Assembly: GCA_036490345.1 (NCBI GenBank)
Contig: DASXEA010000017.1
Location: 96 to 64,095 of the forward strand
Length of the DNA stretch: 64,000 bases
Reading direction: 5' to 3'
From: Rhizomicrobium sp.
GTDB taxonomy: Bacteria; Pseudomonadota; Alphaproteobacteria; Micropepsales; Micropepsaceae
The notes beneath the pieces were generated by a model, which was not told the origin of the DNA, did not search any database, and worked only from the letters and a program-made list of their open reading frames with translations. A program made the position numbers and the translations under genes. This document shows, piece by piece, positions 48,570-58,136 of this stretch. Numbering within the stretch: the stretch's first letter is position 1; every line of letters begins with the position of its first letter.

Positions 48570-49370
48570 TCAGGGCCAGAGTGAGATCTGTCACGGCAGG
48601 CGGATTTGGCGGGGATCGCGCAGGGCGGCCGGCCTGGGTCCCGGCGGAAGTGGTGCGGCACGGCGCCTTGTGGCCTCTTCGATCTCCTGGCGGAAACGCG
48701 CGCCTCCCATCGCCCAGCCGCCGTTGGTGGCCGCGCGCAGTGCCTCGACGAACGCCGGATCGAGCCGTTCCCTGATCAGGGCACGCCAGGCAGATTGCCG
48801 TTCGTCCAGCGAGCGGCCGAGCCGGCGAAACGCATTGTGGAACTGCGCGAGCGGATCCTCCCGTCCTTCGGCGTGGGCCCGATAGCTCGACCAGCGATGG
48901 TTCCTGGGGTGGGCCACCAGGCGGGCACGCACGGGGTTGAGCTCGATATAGAGACAGCAGGAGACGAAGTACTCTTCGGAATCGATCGGACAAGCGCGAT
49001 AGCGCCCTTCCCAGAGCGTGCCGCTGCGCCGGTAGCGCAGGTTGATATGGCGCACGTAGCGCCGCCCGAGCGACTGCATCGTTGCGGGCAGACTTCCCGC
49101 CGTCGCCGGCGTCGCCAGCAGATGCACGTGGTTGGTCATGAGCACATAGGCATGGATCTTGAGCCCGTTCCTGCCCGCAGCCTCCGCCAGCCAGTCGCGG
49201 TAACGCACATGGTCGTCGTCGCTGAAGAAGATCGCTTTGCGGTCGTTGCCCCGCTGGATCACATGCAAGGCCTGGCCTTCAACGAAATACCGTCCGAGCC
49301 GCGCCATGCCACCCCCAAATCCGCAGCGACACTACACGATGTCCGCGCCAGTTTCCACTCCGACCCCGAA
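48570..49370 (-). mobile_element. RAYT-type element bounded by short imperfect terminal inverted repeats
   Basis: TCAGGGCCAGAGTG (48570-48583) versus CACTCCGACCCCGAA (49356-49370) around the transposase gene. Confidence 0.65.
48591..49307 (-). CDS. REP-associated tyrosine (Y1/HUH) transposase
   Basis: HVIQRGNDR..IF, AYVLMTNHVHLL (HUH), LWEGRY, YIELNPVRA.LV..P....WSSY. Confidence 0.95.
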   Translation of the reverse strand: MARLGRYFVEGQALHVIQRGNDRKAIFFSDDDHVRYRDWLAEAAGRNGLKIHAYVLMTNHVHLLATPATAGSLPATMQSLGRRYVRHINLRYRRSGTLWEGRYRACPIDSEEYFVSCCLYIELNPVRARLVAHPRNHRWSSYRAHAEGREDPLAQFHNAFRRLGRSLDERQSAWRALIRERLDPAFVEALRAATNGGWAMGGARFRQEIEEATRRRAAPLPPGPRPAALRDPRQIRLP

Positions 49371-50695
49371 CTCATCTGTTGGCTGTTCAACTTGAAAATC
49401 GTACCACATCCCGAGCGCTTTTTATAATAATAACAATTGGTACCGCCACCACCTTCCACTGTACTCCCATATATCGTGCCCGATCCGTCCATAACAATTC
49501 CAGTCGGAAAAGCGCCGTCCTCCTCACCGCCCTTGAACGAATACAATATCGTTTCCGTGCCATTGGGGGCCAGCTCGAACACCACCCCACAGCCCTCGGT
49601 CTCCAATGTCTTGCCCTGTTTGCAGTGTACCGTACCGCCGCCCCCTGTTGACCCGTATAAATTGCCCGCGCCATCGATACCCAAACTGCCTCCTGGATAT
49701 GCGCCATCTGTGCTACCACCAAAGGCATAAAGTACATTTTCCGTGCCATCTTGCGTGAGCTGGAAAACGACACCACAACCGTCGCCGGCACAACCGCTAT
49801 TCCCGCCCAGCTGGGTCTCGCCATATAAATTTCCGCTGTCGTCCGCAATCAGCGTATCCGGTAGGCCTCCGTCACCCAGACCGCTGAAAGCATGAAGCAC
49901 AGTCTCCGTACCATCCGGTGCGATCTTGAACAAAGTGCCGCAACCATAAGTCATTTCGGGGCAGCCAGTGCCTCCGCCATATAAAGTTTCACCGTAGAGA
50001 TTTCCATCTTTTCCCATCAGCAAGCCACCTGGAAGCATTCCATCCGCACAGTTTGACTGACTACAGAATGAATAGAGGACAGTTTCAGTACCATCCGGGC
50101 TCAATTTAAAAACAGTGCCGCAGCCACCAGGGCTACAGACACTCGTGTTTCCGCCTGCGTACGTTGTGCCGTAGAAGTTTCCATCCGCGCCCAGAATTAG
50201 CGAAACGGGTAGAGAACCGTCCTTGCAATTCCGGCGGCTGCAAAATGCATAGATTACAGTTTCCTTGCCCTTTAGTGTCAGACGAAATACGGTGCCGGCA
50301 TTCCTATTTTTTCCTCCGTAGCCGGTAGCGCCATAGAATATCCCGGGACTGGTTTCAATTAAGCCTCCGGGATTGGCTCCATCCTTGCAATCAGTTTCGC
50401 TGCAAAATTGATGCAGGATCGTCTGTGTGCCATTCGGAGCAATGAGATAGGCGGCACCACATCCCCCGGCACACTGTGTGTTGGCACCATAGGCAGCCGT
50501 ACCGACGAGATTGCCTGCCCCGTCTATGATGGGTGGACCAGGGTATGTCCCACTAGCGCAATTTCCTGCATTGCAAAAGGAATAGAGTACGGTGTCCGAA
50601 TTACCTGCTGCGGTACTTCGAACAGGCGTTGAAATGCTCGTTACAACAACAAGCGCTATAAACAGGCAACGCCACGCAATGGCATCAACACGCAT
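49259..50695 (-). CDS. Secreted tandem propeller-repeat protein (choice-of-anchor 'GloVer' type)
   Basis: Signal peptide and about 7 repeats of ETVLYSF...DG..P...L..D..GNLYG.T..GG...CGTVFKL; visibly AT-richer than flanks; C-terminus runs into the RAYT element. Confidence 0.88.
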   Translation of the reverse strand: MRVDAIAWRCLFIALVVVTSISTPVRSTAAGNSDTVLYSFCNAGNCASGTYPGPPIIDGAGNLVGTAAYGANTQCAGGCGAAYLIAPNGTQTILHQFCSETDCKDGANPGGLIETSPGIFYGATGYGGKNRNAGTVFRLTLKGKETVIYAFCSRRNCKDGSLPVSLILGADGNFYGTTYAGGNTSVCSPGGCGTVFKLSPDGTETVLYSFCSQSNCADGMLPGGLLMGKDGNLYGETLYGGGTGCPEMTYGCGTLFKIAPDGTETVLHAFSGLGDGGLPDTLIADDSGNLYGETQLGGNSGCAGDGCGVVFQLTQDGTENVLYAFGGSTDGAYPGGSLGIDGAGNLYGSTGGGGTVHCKQGKTLETEGCGVVFELAPNGTETILYSFKGGEEDGAFPTGIVMDGSGTIYGSTVEGGGGTNCYYYKKRSGCGTIFKLNSQQMSSGSEWKLARTSCSVAADLGVAWRGSDGISLKARPCM

Positions 50696-51077
50696 CCCGG
50701 CCTCCCCAGACATTTGCAAGATACTAGGCGTGTCTGCCCCCGATGGCCATCAGGATTTGTCCTCTGTCCTGGACTGCTCCTGTGCCTCCATTCCACGAAT
50801 CGAGTCATTGCCTCGCACCCTATGGCGATGGGGTGTTAGCTTGGCGAAGTTATGCACACAGTTGGGCAACCCCCGCTGACGCCCCGAACTTATTGTGCTT
50901 CGCTGCGCGCTGGCGGAAACGCAGCGCAAGGCTGCCACGGTCGGCAGATTGTCGCCTTTGGAGGGTTGCCGGATCGGGCGGATCGATGGGAGACTCGTCG
51001 CGGAACGGGTTGGCGCAGCCGTTTTTCGCAACGCATTTCAGCGGACATGATCGAGGCGCGCCGGACAGGGGGCATGC

Positions 51078-52376
51078 GTGCATCGCCATAGTCTTGCGAT
51101 CGTTCTTCTCGCGCTCTCGAGTGCCGCGCAGGCGGCGCCCGCGGAGGATATTGGCCATTGGGACGGCGTGATGGTTGCGCATGGCGCAGCACTTCCCGTC
51201 GCGTTCGATTTCTCGGCCGGCGCAAAAGAGTCTCTCGCAGGCCGCTTCACCTCGCTCGGCCAGGCGGCGATGGATTATCCGCTCGACTCCGTGCGCGACG
51301 ACGGCAAGGGAATATCCTTCGTGCTCGGCGGCGGGATCACTTTCACCGGCGCGCGCCAGGGCGATGCGATCGCGGGACATTTCACGAGCGAAGATGTCTC
51401 CGGCACGTTTCGCCTGCATCGCGCACCGCTGCCCGCTTTGCCCTATGCGACGGAAGATGTGTCATTCCGCAATGGCGCGGTGACGCTCAAGGGCACGCTG
51501 TGCCTGCCGCGCGGCGCGGGGCGGCATCCGGCCGTCATTCTGCTCCATGGCAGCGGCCCGGAAACGCGCTGGGGCACGAGCCGCTATATCGCCGACCGTT
51601 TCGCGCGCGCCGGCATTGCGGCGCTGATCTTCGACAAGCGCGGCTCGGGCGAATCCGGCGGCGACTGGCGGAGCGTGGGCTTCGACGATCTGGCGCGCGA
51701 TGCGCTGGCAGGCGTGGCGATGCTGGCCGCGCGGCCGGAGATCGATCCCGCGCGTATCGGCCTGCACGGCCACAGCCAGGGGGGCGCCATCACACCGCTG
51801 GCCGCCACGCTCGCGCCGGGAAAAATCGCCTTCCTCATCGCCGAAGACAGTTTCGCCGGCACGCAACACGACCAGGATCTCTATCGCGTGGGCAACGCCA
51901 TCGACGAATTGCATCTGGCGCCGGACGAGAAGGCGCGGGCGATGCATGTCTACACGCTGTTCGTCGATGCGGCACGCGGCGCCGTGCCGATGGCAGCGTT
52001 CGAAAAGGCCGCCGCGCCGTATCGCAAGACCAAGTGGTATGACTGGATGGGCATTCCGCCGGACGACAGCTGGATCTGGCCATGGGCGCGCAAGACGGGG
52101 AATTTCGACACGCTGCCCCTGTGGCGACAGGTGCATGCGCCCGTGCTGCTTGTCTATGGCGAGAAGGATGCGCTGGTGCCGGTCGATTCGAGCATTGCGG
52201 AGATCGGCGCGGCCCTCGACACCGCGCACACGCCCTACGCCGCGCTCATCGTGCCCGGCGCGCAGCACAATCTCACCATCCAGCCAGAGCCCGGAAACCA
52301 TTTCTTCTGGTGGCACCAGGCCCCCGGCCTCATCGACACCGTGGTCGCCTGGGCTGCGATGCAGACACGGCGGTGA
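51078..52376 (+). CDS. Secreted alpha/beta hydrolase (S9/S33-like aminopeptidase)
   Basis: Signal peptide; ILLHGSGP, FDKRGSGESGG, GLHGHSQGG, VYGEKD..VP, H. Confidence 0.88.
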   Translation: MHRHSLAIVLLALSSAAQAAPAEDIGHWDGVMVAHGAALPVAFDFSAGAKESLAGRFTSLGQAAMDYPLDSVRDDGKGISFVLGGGITFTGARQGDAIAGHFTSEDVSGTFRLHRAPLPALPYATEDVSFRNGAVTLKGTLCLPRGAGRHPAVILLHGSGPETRWGTSRYIADRFARAGIAALIFDKRGSGESGGDWRSVGFDDLARDALAGVAMLAARPEIDPARIGLHGHSQGGAITPLAATLAPGKIAFLIAEDSFAGTQHDQDLYRVGNAIDELHLAPDEKARAMHVYTLFVDAARGAVPMAAFEKAAAPYRKTKWYDWMGIPPDDSWIWPWARKTGNFDTLPLWRQVHAPVLLVYGEKDALVPVDSSIAEIGAALDTAHTPYAALIVPGAQHNLTIQPEPGNHFFWWHQAPGLIDTVVAWAAMQTRR

Positions 52377-52517
52377 TCTTTCACCAAGGCCGCGCCTGAC
52401 CGGCCAGACAGATGCAGACTCTAAGAGGCGACGATGGCCTCCCCCCGATCAGGCCGACGGCGGGCTGCCTGTCATGAGTGTCGGAGATGTCCGTTTCGAA
52501 CACACCGACACCACCTT

Positions 52518-52551
52518 TCACCATGGCCGGCTCTCGGGCCGGCCATGGTGA
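52518..52551. repeat. REP-like hairpin
   Basis: TCACCATGGCCGG-CTCTCGGG-CCGGCCATGGTGA. Confidence 0.8.
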
Positions 52552-52637
52552 GGGATAAAGTACGAGCTCGGAAGACTGTGCCGAATGCAATCTGAACCGC
52601 GGCGCCGTTGCGGCACGATCGATTCCGCCCAACGCCG

Positions 52638-52880
52638 TTACGGTTTCAATTCATACACCGTGCCGAAGATCGACTGGCCGCCGCCATCGGTGGTGCCGAG
52701 GGTGCCATCGCATCTGGCGAGCGCGTGGAAGCCGGATTTCCCGCCTTTCGTTGTCAGGCTGTAGGCGACGCCCTGTCCGCCCGTCCCGCCGTCAAAGGTC
52801 ACGCCATAGATCGTGCCGGCGCCGTCGATGGCGAGCGCCCATTCGGGCCGATGCCGTCGGAACAGATAGGGTCAGGGTGG
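52638..52880 (-). pseudogene. C-terminal remnant of a propeller-repeat (GloVer-type) gene
   Basis: Own translation: CSDGIGPNG / frameshift / LAIDGAGTIYGVTFDGG...TTDGGGQSIFGTVYELKP*. Confidence 0.7.
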
Positions 52881-52932
52881 GCAGATGCCGCAAGTCCTTG
52901 CAATTCATCACCGCATGTTACAGTATTGGCGA

Positions 52933-53145
52933 ATGGGTCATACACTAACAATTCGTCTGACGAGCGAACTCGCGCGGTGGCTGGCGGATACAGCCAGGCG
53001 CTCCGGCATGCCACAAGGAGAAATTGTCCGCGTCCAATTGGAGCGCGCCCGCTCCGAGAAAAAAAAACGCCCTTTCATGCAGCTTGCCGGCTGTGTTGAC
53101 GGACCGGTTGATCTTTCGACCCGCAAAGGCTTTTCGAAGGGATGA
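52933..53145 (+). CDS. RHH/CopG-like antitoxin
   Basis: MGHTLTIRL..ELA.WL...A...G...GEIVR..LE; ATGA overlap with the PIN gene. Confidence 0.8.
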   Translation: MGHTLTIRLTSELARWLADTARRSGMPQGEIVRVQLERARSEKKKRPFMQLAGCVDGPVDLSTRKGFSKG

Positions 53146-53543
53146 GAGGAATCGCCGATACGGGCCTGCTTGTCGGTTTTGCCAATCGCAACGACCGTTT
53201 CCACAACTGGGCCGTCAGCATAGCCGAACAGGTTTCCACCCCGCTGCTGACCTGTGAAGCGGTTCTGGCCGAAACGGCCTTTCATCTTCGAAGCTGCACC
53301 ATCGTCTTTGAAATGCTGGCGACCGGCCTGGTTGCCCTCGCTTTCGATTGTGCGGGCAATTTGCCCCTGCTTGAAGCGCTCGCAAAGCGTTACGCCGATC
53401 GGAACCCGGACCTCGCCGATCTATGTCTTGTCCGTATGAGCGAACTGCATCCCAAATTTCCGGTCATCACCGTCGACCGCGAGGATTTTCGAATCTACCG
53501 TCGCAACAAACGCGAGACGATCCCTCTCATCTGCCCGCCATAG
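53142..53543 (+). CDS. vapC: PIN-domain (VapC-like) toxin
   Basis: IADTGLLV, TCEAVL.E, DLAD.CLV.MSE, T.D..DF.IYR. Confidence 0.85.
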   Translation: MRGIADTGLLVGFANRNDRFHNWAVSIAEQVSTPLLTCEAVLAETAFHLRSCTIVFEMLATGLVALAFDCAGNLPLLEALAKRYADRNPDLADLCLVRMSELHPKFPVITVDREDFRIYRRNKRETIPLICPP

Positions 53544-53572
53544 CCGCCACTCCTGGTGCGGCGCCAGCTGCG

Positions 53573-54532
53573 TCACCGGCTGTGTCGTCGACCGTCCCAA
53601 TGGCGCACGAACGCCAGGGTCGCTTGTGCCACGCGCTCGCAATCTGCGGCCGTTTTCATCAGCGTGTCGGCGATGGCAACGGGAATGTCGAAGGTACTGG
53701 CGAGTTCGGTGTCGCGCGAATCCAGCAGGAAACCGTCGATCAGGCCTTTGTAATGTTGGGCGATGGTGTGCGCGCTGACGGGCACGCCCAGTTCACCCAT
53801 GATCTTGGCGGTTGGTCCTTTGACAGCCTGTCCGCCCAGGATGGGCGTGACGGCGATGCGCGGCACGTTCGCAGTTTCGAGGGCGCGTCGCAGTTCGGGG
53901 ATCGCGAGCAGCGGATCGACGCTCAGCCAGGGATTGGACGGCGCGATCAGGATGGCCTCCAGCGCTGGCGACGCGAGAGCCGTGCGCGCACCGTCGGAGA
54001 GACGCGCAATATCGGCGCCGTCGAAGCGGAGGCCTTGCACCGCGGGTGTGCAGCGTTGCCGCACGAAATAATCCTGAAAGGCGAGTTCGCCATCCGGGGT
54101 CAGCACGCGAGTCTCGACCGCGTCGTCGCTCATCGGAAGAATCTGCGCTGCGATCCCGAAGCTCTTCGCAAATCCGCCCACGATCGCGCTCAGCGTGTCG
54201 CCCTGCGCCAGGCGCCGTGTGCGTTCGACATGCAGCGCCAGGTCGCGATCGCCCAGGCGGAACCAGGTTTCACCGCCGACCGATTCCAGCGCCGCCATGA
54301 AGTTCCATGTCTCGTCGCTGCGGCCCCAGCCCTGCCCGGGATGTGCGAGTTCCGCCAGCGTGTAGAGGACCGTGTCGATATCCGGGGAGATGCGCAGGCC
54401 CAGATGGGTGAAATCGTCGCCCGTGTTGACGATCGCTGCCAGCGCATGGGGCGGCAGCGCGCGATAAAGGCCGCGCACCAGCTTGGCGCCGCCCACGCCA
54501 CCCGACAAAACCACGATGCGCGGCCAATCCAT
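53573..54532 (-). CDS. cofD: 2-phospho-L-lactate transferase CofD/FbiA
   Basis: LSGGVGGAKL, IVNTGDDF.H.GL.ISPD.DT, WFRLGDRDLA.H, PMSDD.V.T, PSNP..S..P, KGPT.K.M. Confidence 0.95.
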   Translation of the reverse strand: MDWPRIVVLSGGVGGAKLVRGLYRALPPHALAAIVNTGDDFTHLGLRISPDIDTVLYTLAELAHPGQGWGRSDETWNFMAALESVGGETWFRLGDRDLALHVERTRRLAQGDTLSAIVGGFAKSFGIAAQILPMSDDAVETRVLTPDGELAFQDYFVRQRCTPAVQGLRFDGADIARLSDGARTALASPALEAILIAPSNPWLSVDPLLAIPELRRALETANVPRIAVTPILGGQAVKGPTAKIMGELGVPVSAHTIAQHYKGLIDGFLLDSRDTELASTFDIPVAIADTLMKTAADCERVAQATLAFVRHWDGRRHSR

Positions 54533-54616
54533 CGTTAAACCCTTGCAAGCCTGTGGTTGATCTTGTCACAAATTCCGCACAGCATGGGCGCTCAGCCATC
54601 CGAAGGAACGTCGCCC

Positions 54617-55423
54617 ATGACCATTACGATCGGACTCTCCATGCCGCCGCAACATGGCGACATGCCCCAAATGCGCAAGACCTGGGAAGAAGCCGACGCG
54701 CTGGGCGTCGACCGTATCTACACCTTCGACCACTTCTTCACCCTGGTGATGAACAATCCCAATCCGACATTCGAGGAAACGCACGGCAAAAGCTTCGAGG
54801 CGACCAGCATCCAGGCCGCCATGGCGGTCACCACCACGCGCGCCGAAGTCTCCTGCCTCGTGCATTGCACGGCCTATCGCAACCCCAATCTGCTGGCCGA
54901 CATCGCCCGCACCATCGATCATCTCTCCGGCGGGCGATTCGTGCTCGGCATCGGCTCGGGCTGGTTCCAGCTCGATTTCGACGAATATGGCTATGAGTTC
55001 GGCACGGTGGGAAGCCGGTTGAAGCGGCTGGAAAGTGATCTCGACATCATCAAGGACCGCTGGAGCAAGCTCAATCCGAAGCCATTACGGCGCATCCCCA
55101 TCCTGATCGGCGGCGGCGGCGAGAAGATGACGCTGCGGATCGCGGCCAAGCATGCCGATGCGTGGCATTATTTCGGAGACGCCGAGTCGATGAAGCGCAA
55201 ATCCGACATTCTCGACGAATGGTGCGCCAAGATCGGCCGCGATCCGAAGGAGATCGTTCGCTCCACTTCGGTCGCCGGCATGGCGCATCGTGCCGCGCTG
55301 GACCCCGAAGAGTTCATCAAGCTCGGCTTCACCGATTTCGTGGTCCATGCCATCGGGCCCAAATGGGACTTAGGCCCGTTGCGCGAAATCCTCGCCTGGC
55401 GGAAGAACCGGGCTGCGGCTTGA
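54617..55423 (+). CDS. LLM class F420-dependent oxidoreductase (MSMEG_2906-like)
   Basis: PQH, FDHFF, YRNPNLLAD.ARTIDH.SGGR..LGIGSGWF..D.DEYGY.FGT.GSRL, IPILIGGGGEK.TL. Confidence 0.88.
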   Translation: MTITIGLSMPPQHGDMPQMRKTWEEADALGVDRIYTFDHFFTLVMNNPNPTFEETHGKSFEATSIQAAMAVTTTRAEVSCLVHCTAYRNPNLLADIARTIDHLSGGRFVLGIGSGWFQLDFDEYGYEFGTVGSRLKRLESDLDIIKDRWSKLNPKPLRRIPILIGGGGEKMTLRIAAKHADAWHYFGDAESMKRKSDILDEWCAKIGRDPKEIVRSTSVAGMAHRAALDPEEFIKLGFTDFVVHAIGPKWDLGPLREILAWRKNRAAA

Positions 55424-55519
55424 ATACGTTTCCTCGCGGCGACGCGGAGACCGGGCGATGCTGAACCGCCAGGTCTCTGCTTGCCAAAGCAAACTCTTCC
55501 GCTGACTCGGGCCATCGCA

Positions 55520-57889
55520 ATGTCCTGGAATGACCATCGCGCGCTCCTCGAACTTTCCACGGCGGAACTCTGCGCGCGGGCGCGGGCGTTGCGCGATGAC
55601 GGGCATGGGGCGCGCGTCACCTATTCGCGCAAAGTGTTTATCCCGCTGACGCATTTGTGCCGCGATGTTTGCATCTATTGCACCTTCGCGAAACCACCCC
55701 GGCGCGGCGAGCGCTGCTATCTGACGCGCGATGAGGTGTTGGCCGTCGCGCGCGCCGGCGCCGGGGCCGGCTGCGCCGAAGCGCTGTTCACACTCGGCGA
55801 CAAGCCGGAACTGCGATACGCCCGGGCCCGCGACGAACTCGCCGAACTCGGCCACGCCACGACGATCTCGTATCTGGCCGAGATGTGCGCGGCAGTGCTC
55901 TCGGAAACGGGCCTTCTGCCGCACGCCAACCCGGGCGTGATGAGCGCCGACGAGATTGCCCTGTTGCGCAAGGTCTCTGTATCGCAGGGCATCATGCTCG
56001 AAAGCGTGTCGGAGCGGCTGTGCGAACGCGGCGGCCCGCATTTCGGCTCGCCCGACAAGCATCCGGCCGTACGGCTTGAAACCATCCGCCTTGCGGGCGA
56101 AGCGCAGGTGCCATTCACCTCCGGCATCCTGATCGGCATCGGCGAGACGCGCCAGGAACGTCTGGACTCGCTCCTGGCGCTGAGTGATCTGCATGCCCGC
56201 TACGGCCACATCCAGGAAATCATCATCCAGAATTTCCGCGCCAAAGCCGATACGCGCATGGCGGGCGCCGCCGAGCCGGATCATGACGATCTGATGTGGA
56301 CGATCGCGCTCGCACGGTGTGTGTTCGGTCCGGCAATGAACATCCAGGCGCCGCCCAATCTCAGCGCTGCCAATTTCGGCGCCCTTCTCGAAGCGGGGCT
56401 CAACGATTGGGGCGGCGTCTCACCGGTGACGCCCGACCACGTCAATCCCGAAGCGCCATGGCCGCAGCTCGATTGCCTTCGCCGCGAAACTGCCACCCAT
56501 GGCAAGACGCTGGTCGAGCGCCTCGCGGCCTATCCGGCCTATGTGCAGGATCTCGCGCGCTGGCAGGATCCGGCGCTGCACAAGCACATCCTGCGCGCAA
56601 GCGATGCTGAAGGATTGGCGCGCACCGATACCTGGACGCCCGGCGCCCTTACGCCGCCGCAGCGGGAAGCTGTGTGGCACAGACCGGTTTCACCGGCCAT
56701 CGCGCGCGCCATGGATCGCGCCTGCAACGGTGAAGGCCTGGATGAAGACGCGATCGTTGCCCTGTTCGCCGCGCGCGGACCGGATTTCGACGCCGTTTGC
56801 GCAAGTGCCGATGCGCTGCGCCAGGCGGTCAATGGCGACACGGTCAGCTACGTCGTCAATCGCAACATCAACTACACCAATGTCTGTACCTACAAATGCG
56901 GCTTCTGCGCCTTTTCCAAGGGCAAGACGAGCATCGATCTGCGGGGCGCGCCCTACGATCTGGCACTCGAAGAAGTCACGCGGCGCGTCCGCGAGGCCTG
57001 GGCGCGCGGTGGCCTCGAAGTCTGCATGCAGGGCGGCATCCATCCGGATTATACCGGCGAGACCTATCTCGAACTCTGCCGTACGGCGAAAGAAGCCGAG
57101 CCGCGGATCCATGTGCATGCCTTCTCGCCACTGGAAGTGATGCATGGCGCGGAAACGCTTGGCATTTCCATTCGCGATTTTCTTCTTCGGTTGAAGGATG
57201 CCGGTCTGGGCACGTTGCCCGGCACGGCGGCGGAAATTCTCGACGACGACATCCGCGCGATCATCTGCCCCGACAAATTGACGACGGCCGAGTGGTTGAA
57301 CGTATTACGCACGGCGCATGAGATCGGCCTGCGCACCACCTCGACGATCATGTACGGCCACGTTGAAACGCCGCGTGCCTGGGCGCGGCATCTGCTGCGG
57401 CTGCGTGACCTGCAAAGCGAAACCGGCGGCGTCACCGAATTCGTGCCGCTGCCCTTCGTGCATATGGAATCGCCGATGTATCTGCGCGGCAAGGCGCGCA
57501 AGGGTCCCACCTTTCGCGAGGCCGTGCTGATGCATGCCGTCGCACGGCTGGCGCTCCATCCGCTCATTCCCAACATCCAGGCATCCTGGGTAAAGATGGG
57601 CCGCGACGGCGTGGCGCGTTGCCTCAATGCCGGCGCCAACGATCTGGGCGGCACGCTGATGAACGAAAGCATCTCGCGCGCCGCCGGAACGCAGCATGGC
57701 CAGGAATTCCCGCCAGCCGAGATGGACGCGCTGGTCCGCTCGATCGGCCGCACGCCGCGCCAGCGCACCACGCTCTACGCCGATGCGCCGGGCGGACAGG
57801 CGCAAAAATCCTACGATGCGTCCGAACTTTCGCCCGTCGTGCAGACGCCGCTGCGCACGCGTCACCGGGAACTGGCAGCGAACGCGTAG
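55520..57889 (+). CDS. fbiC: Bifunctional FO synthase (CofG-CofH fusion)
   Basis: Two radical-SAM CxxxCxxC motifs (LCRDVCIYC, VCTYKCGFC); TYSRKVFIPLT, YVVNRNINYTN, LGGTLMNESISRAAG. Confidence 0.96.
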   Translation: MSWNDHRALLELSTAELCARARALRDDGHGARVTYSRKVFIPLTHLCRDVCIYCTFAKPPRRGERCYLTRDEVLAVARAGAGAGCAEALFTLGDKPELRYARARDELAELGHATTISYLAEMCAAVLSETGLLPHANPGVMSADEIALLRKVSVSQGIMLESVSERLCERGGPHFGSPDKHPAVRLETIRLAGEAQVPFTSGILIGIGETRQERLDSLLALSDLHARYGHIQEIIIQNFRAKADTRMAGAAEPDHDDLMWTIALARCVFGPAMNIQAPPNLSAANFGALLEAGLNDWGGVSPVTPDHVNPEAPWPQLDCLRRETATHGKTLVERLAAYPAYVQDLARWQDPALHKHILRASDAEGLARTDTWTPGALTPPQREAVWHRPVSPAIARAMDRACNGEGLDEDAIVALFAARGPDFDAVCASADALRQAVNGDTVSYVVNRNINYTNVCTYKCGFCAFSKGKTSIDLRGAPYDLALEEVTRRVREAWARGGLEVCMQGGIHPDYTGETYLELCRTAKEAEPRIHVHAFSPLEVMHGAETLGISIRDFLLRLKDAGLGTLPGTAAEILDDDIRAIICPDKLTTAEWLNVLRTAHEIGLRTTSTIMYGHVETPRAWARHLLRLRDLQSETGGVTEFVPLPFVHMESPMYLRGKARKGPTFREAVLMHAVARLALHPLIPNIQASWVKMGRDGVARCLNAGANDLGGTLMNESISRAAGTQHGQEFPPAEMDALVRSIGRTPRQRTTLYADAPGGQAQKSYDASELSPVVQTPLRTRHRELAANA

Positions 57890-57916
57890 AATCGATTTGT
57901 TGCTGTCGCTTTGTAA

Positions 57917-57950
57917 TTCCCTCTCCCGCAACTTCCTGGGGGCGAGGGAA
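57917..57950. repeat. Half-unit hairpin of the 144-bp element
   Basis: TTCCCTCTCCC-GCAACTTCCT-GGGGGCGAGGGAA. Confidence 0.8.
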
Positions 57951-57992
57951 AGATGCCGCCGGACATACGTGTTGGCGGGGCGCCATCCTATG

Positions 57993-58136
57993 TTCCCTCT
58001 CCCCCAACTTCCTGGGGGAGAGGGCCAGGGTGAGGGGGCGGTGACGCGGCTGTCGCATTGCAGGAATTGCACCTTCGGCGCCGCGGCGAGTCCCCCTCAC
58101 CCTGGCCCTCTCCCCCGCTACACTGGGGCGAGGGAA
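57993..58136. repeat. 144-bp palindromic element (intergenic copy)
   Basis: Homologous end to end with 33593-33736. Confidence 0.9.

Noticed and set aside
50873-50892. CTGACGCCCCGAACT as a third RAYT end enclosing the propeller gene
   Set aside because: Only a partial match to CACTCCGACCCCGAACT; could be chance.
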